9,441 bases of DNA from positions 1 through 9,441 of the forward strand of contig CAYTYV010000029.1 in the NCBI GenBank assembly GCA_964441055.1, given 5' to 3'. Both the position numbers and the translations under genes were made by a program. Shown piece after piece: positions 7,438 through 9,441 of the stretch (positions within the stretch are counted from its first letter, which is position 1; each line of letters starts with the position of its first letter). Below the pieces are notes generated by a model. The model made no database searches, was not told the DNA's origin, and was given only the letters and a program-made list of their open reading frames with translations. The DNA comes from an uncultured Polyangiaceae bacterium. GTDB taxonomy: Bacteria > Myxococcota_A > Polyangia > Polyangiales > Polyangiaceae.

Positions 7438-9419
7438 TTGGAAGTTCCGCGGCACATCAGCCAACGAACAGTTCCAGACGCAGAAGCCACGAGGGGGACT
7501 GCGGTCGTTCTCGATACTGCGGGGCAGTACGCAATGCCGCGCGGCATCAGGGCGATCGAGCCAGTCGGGCAGCAACCCCGTCAAGGTTGTTGTTTCCGTT
7601 GGTACCAAAGGTCCTGGGCTGCTGCGACCCTGCTGGGGTTCCGGCGGGGGAGAAGCAGCCGCTTGCTGGGAGACCGGCAAGACCTCCGGTGGAAGGCACC
7701 CCGGGTGCGGTCGAGCCCGTCCTCTTTCGCGAGAGGGTGGGGGAGGCGGCCCTAGAAGGCGAGCCGCGTGAGAGCGCGGGGAGCCGGGCGGGTTGGTTCG
7801 CAAGAGACCGTTGCCGCACGGTCGTCGAACGCTGTTCTCTTCCGGATGGCGGACGGCACCAGCTCCGCGACAGGGGGTGTCCGGGTAGATCAGGTTGGGG
7901 TAAATCCGTCGGGACGAGCGGTCGTCGCGACGGGGGGTTGCCAACGCGATATGCGCAACGCGCCCCCTGGCCTGTGACAACTCGGCTAGCGGTGGCCCGC
8001 AAGGGCGGTCGCTACTTCTCGTGCGGTGGCTCGCCACCGCATCCAAGCGAGGAGGTCTGGGCAGCTCGGTGGCGTGCTCGTGGGTCTCCCATCTGCAGAA
8101 GTCGGCAGGCGGCATGTGGCCTGAGGGCTCCGGCGAATAGCCGGCACGGCGCTTGGGTCTAGCGCACAAAGATGTGCGTGAACGCATGTCGGAAGCCCCA
8201 TCTCGGCGGCCAAGCCGGGGTGGCGGTGGCGGCCCGAGGGGCCACGCTCCGAGCGCAAGCGAGGGGCGGAGCTCGGCGGGACCTGTCGGTGGAAGGCGTC
8301 CTGGATTCGGGGAGCTCGTGCCCTTGGCGGGGCATGGGCGAAGCGGGTTCTGGCTCTCTTGGGGTCGGCCGGGCAACCGGGCGGCTACGAGGGCGCGACA
8401 GGGGGCGTCAGTGGTCGCCTCACGGGGTTCGCGATCCGCCGATAACGCGGAGGCGAGCCAACGCCCGCGCAAGCGGGTGCCCTTCGGGGAACGGTGAACG
8501 CGGCTGCTGCTGGCGGACGCAGCGTCAACTGCGTCGCCACTCGGGGTCGGAGATGCCAGCAATGGCTATCCGGCGTCGTCGTAGACGGTTTCGGGTCGTC
8601 GCTCGCGCGCAAGCGTCGGCGCAGGCACGAGGCAGGTCGCGGCGGGCGGCACGGCGCAAGCCACAAGCTCGAGAGTTGGGGATCTGACGGGTGTTCGTGA
8701 CAACACAAGTCGGCTGCAGAGGTTAGCAAGAGGCATCTTTTCCGGCGGCGCCGAGAGCCAATCCGTTTTTGGCAAGGCGGGAATAGCTGTTGGAAGTGGC
8801 CCATCACCCCGACGAGGCGGGTCATCGGAAGGCGGCGAAGCGGGTGCTCGGGTTGCGGACCGCTCGACTGAACAGGTCGAGCCGCGGCAACCTACCTCCC
8901 CGGAAGGGGAGGTCGAGCTAACGGAAGGCATCCTGGAGCGAAGGCTCCTCGCGCCCTAAACCGGCGAGTGGAGTGGACGCTTCTGGTTCGGTGGCCCTCG
9001 GCTCGGTGGTCCTTCGGGGTCGGCGAGGCGAGCGGTGTCGAGAGTGGAAGGCTCGGCGCTGCACCAGCGAACGACAGAGGATGTCAGACCTGGCGGCGAT
9101 CGGTCAGGCTCTCTCAGCGCAAGCGCAGAGGGTCGGCGGCAGGAGCGAGAGCTCGAGGCCGCGCCGTTCGAACGCGGGGAAAGCTACCGCGGCCCAAAAG
9201 CCGCGTTATCCACGCGCAGGACCTCGCGACGCGAAGCGCTGTCCCGACGCGGGAAGCCGACGGAGCACGGTGGTGCCACGACTGCGTCTACGGCGCAGCG
9301 TGGAGGCGCACATCGGCTGAAAAAGCCGATGAGGGTAGTCCCCCGGAACTGCCCTGGCGCAAGTGGAGTTCCGTGGGGGGGGGCGCGGGGGAAACAGAAC
9401 ACCCCCCCCCCAGTTTTTT
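7438..9419 (+). ncRNA. Candidate large (~2 kb) structured non-coding RNA of unknown class. Boundaries are approximate and the 3' end could lie beyond the window.
   Basis: (1) There is no credible ORF. Every track ORF here is Arg/Pro/Gly/Ser-rich junk, and they overlap in several frames on both strands. (2) At least 15 local hairpins are capped by GNRA or UUCG tetraloops that are valid only on the + strand; coordinates are in the findings. (3) Many further perfect 5-10 bp stems occur: 7716-7741, 8022-8041, 8130-8144, 8512-8538, 8862-8882, 8935-8948, 9034-9060, 9188-9205, 9276-9303, 9311-9331. (4) The + strand has strong G>C skew: 111 G versus 64 C in four hand-counted 60-nt lines (8221, 8281, 8821, 9121), against 21 G/24 C for coding line 3001. 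That fits G.U-rich RNA helices. (5) An AT-rich promoter-like region lies upstream and a terminator-like element downstream. Confidence 0.45.
9375..9419 (+). terminator. Intrinsic-terminator-like element: G9/C10 stem followed by a T6 tract
   Basis: The G run 9375-9383 can pair with the C run 9402-9411 across an 18-nt loop (cgcgggggaaacagaaca). The stem is followed by ag and then tttttt (9414-9419). The T-tract follows the stem only on the + strand. Confidence 0.4.
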
Positions 9420-9441
9420 GTGGGAAAAAAAACCCCCGCAC

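Larger units (their letters stand above)
7231..7440. promoter_or_regulatory. AT-rich intergenic island, likely a divergent promoter/regulatory region
   Basis: Hand-counted GC is 29/60 for 7261-7320, 24/60 for 7321-7380 and 27/60 for 7381-7440, against roughly 65-70% elsewhere. It contains A7 (7373-7379) and T5 (7397-7401) runs, two GATC sites (7382-7385, 7393-7396) and the palindrome tttgcaaa (7403-7410). It sits between the minus-strand operon and the plus-strand structured region. Confidence 0.5.

Noticed and set aside
7231-7440. Chromosomal replication origin (oriC)
   Set aside because: I found only two clustered DnaA boxes. There are no obvious 13-mer-type AT-rich repeat arrays, and dnaA/dnaN are not adjacent in the window. 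A DnaA-regulated promoter or titration site is more conservative. A further 8/9 match (ttatccacg, 9206-9214) lies far away and may be chance.
9159-9177. tRNA-like T-arm (ccgcg ccgttcgaa cgcgg, containing GTTCGAA)
   Set aside because: The loop is 9 nt rather than 7. No acceptor, D or anticodon arms are arranged around it, and there is no CCA-proximal acceptor pairing. It is not a tRNA gene, though it may be a T-loop-like motif within the larger RNA.
7380-9320. Multiple overlapping ORFs in the structured region: 7432-8562 minus (376 aa), 7380-8162 plus (260 aa), 8172-8687 plus (171 aa), 8385-8825 minus, 8973-9320 plus, and others
   Set aside because: All translate to Arg/Pro/Gly/Ser-rich sequence without motifs. 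They overlap each other in several frames on both strands, and none has an obvious SD. This is the expected behaviour of stop-poor, high-GC non-coding sequence.
7438-9419. CRISPR array, group II intron, RNase P RNA, tmRNA, rRNA fragment or retron msr/msd
   Set aside because: There are no regularly spaced direct repeats. I saw no group II domain V or 5' GUGYG context, no RNase P P4 consensus, no tmRNA tag or tRNA-like ends, and no reverse transcriptase or intron-encoded ORF in the window. These are by-eye exclusions only, and a covariance-model scan is needed.

Overview
High-GC (roughly 65-70%) bacterial chromosome segment. The Pro-rich OmpA-family protein with CarboxypepD_reg-like repeats suggests a Myxococcota-like source, at low confidence. 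Positions 72-7044 are a tightly packed minus-strand housekeeping block: an OmpA-family outer-membrane protein, glmM, folC, accD and a short CoA-transferase-beta-like ORF. The accD/folC and ORF/accD junctions each share a 4-nt start/stop overlap. The long plus-strand ORFs over this block are antisense shadow ORFs. From 7045 to the window end (~2.4 kb) I find no credible CDS. That stretch opens with a ~200-bp AT-rich island (40-48% GC by hand count) carrying a perfect and a near-perfect DnaA box 11 bp apart. About 2 kb of hairpin-dense sequence follows, with G>C on the + strand. At least 15 of its stems are capped by canonical stable tetraloops (10 GCAA, 2 GAGA, 1 GGAA, 2 UUCG) that read correctly only on the + strand. 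The stretch ends in a G9/C10 stem plus T6 element that looks like an intrinsic terminator. My main hypothesis is an unclassified, unusually large (~2 kb) structured non-coding RNA transcribed on the + strand. By eye I could not match it to RNase P, tmRNA, group II intron, rRNA or tRNA signatures. All counts are hand counts and none has been checked by computation.
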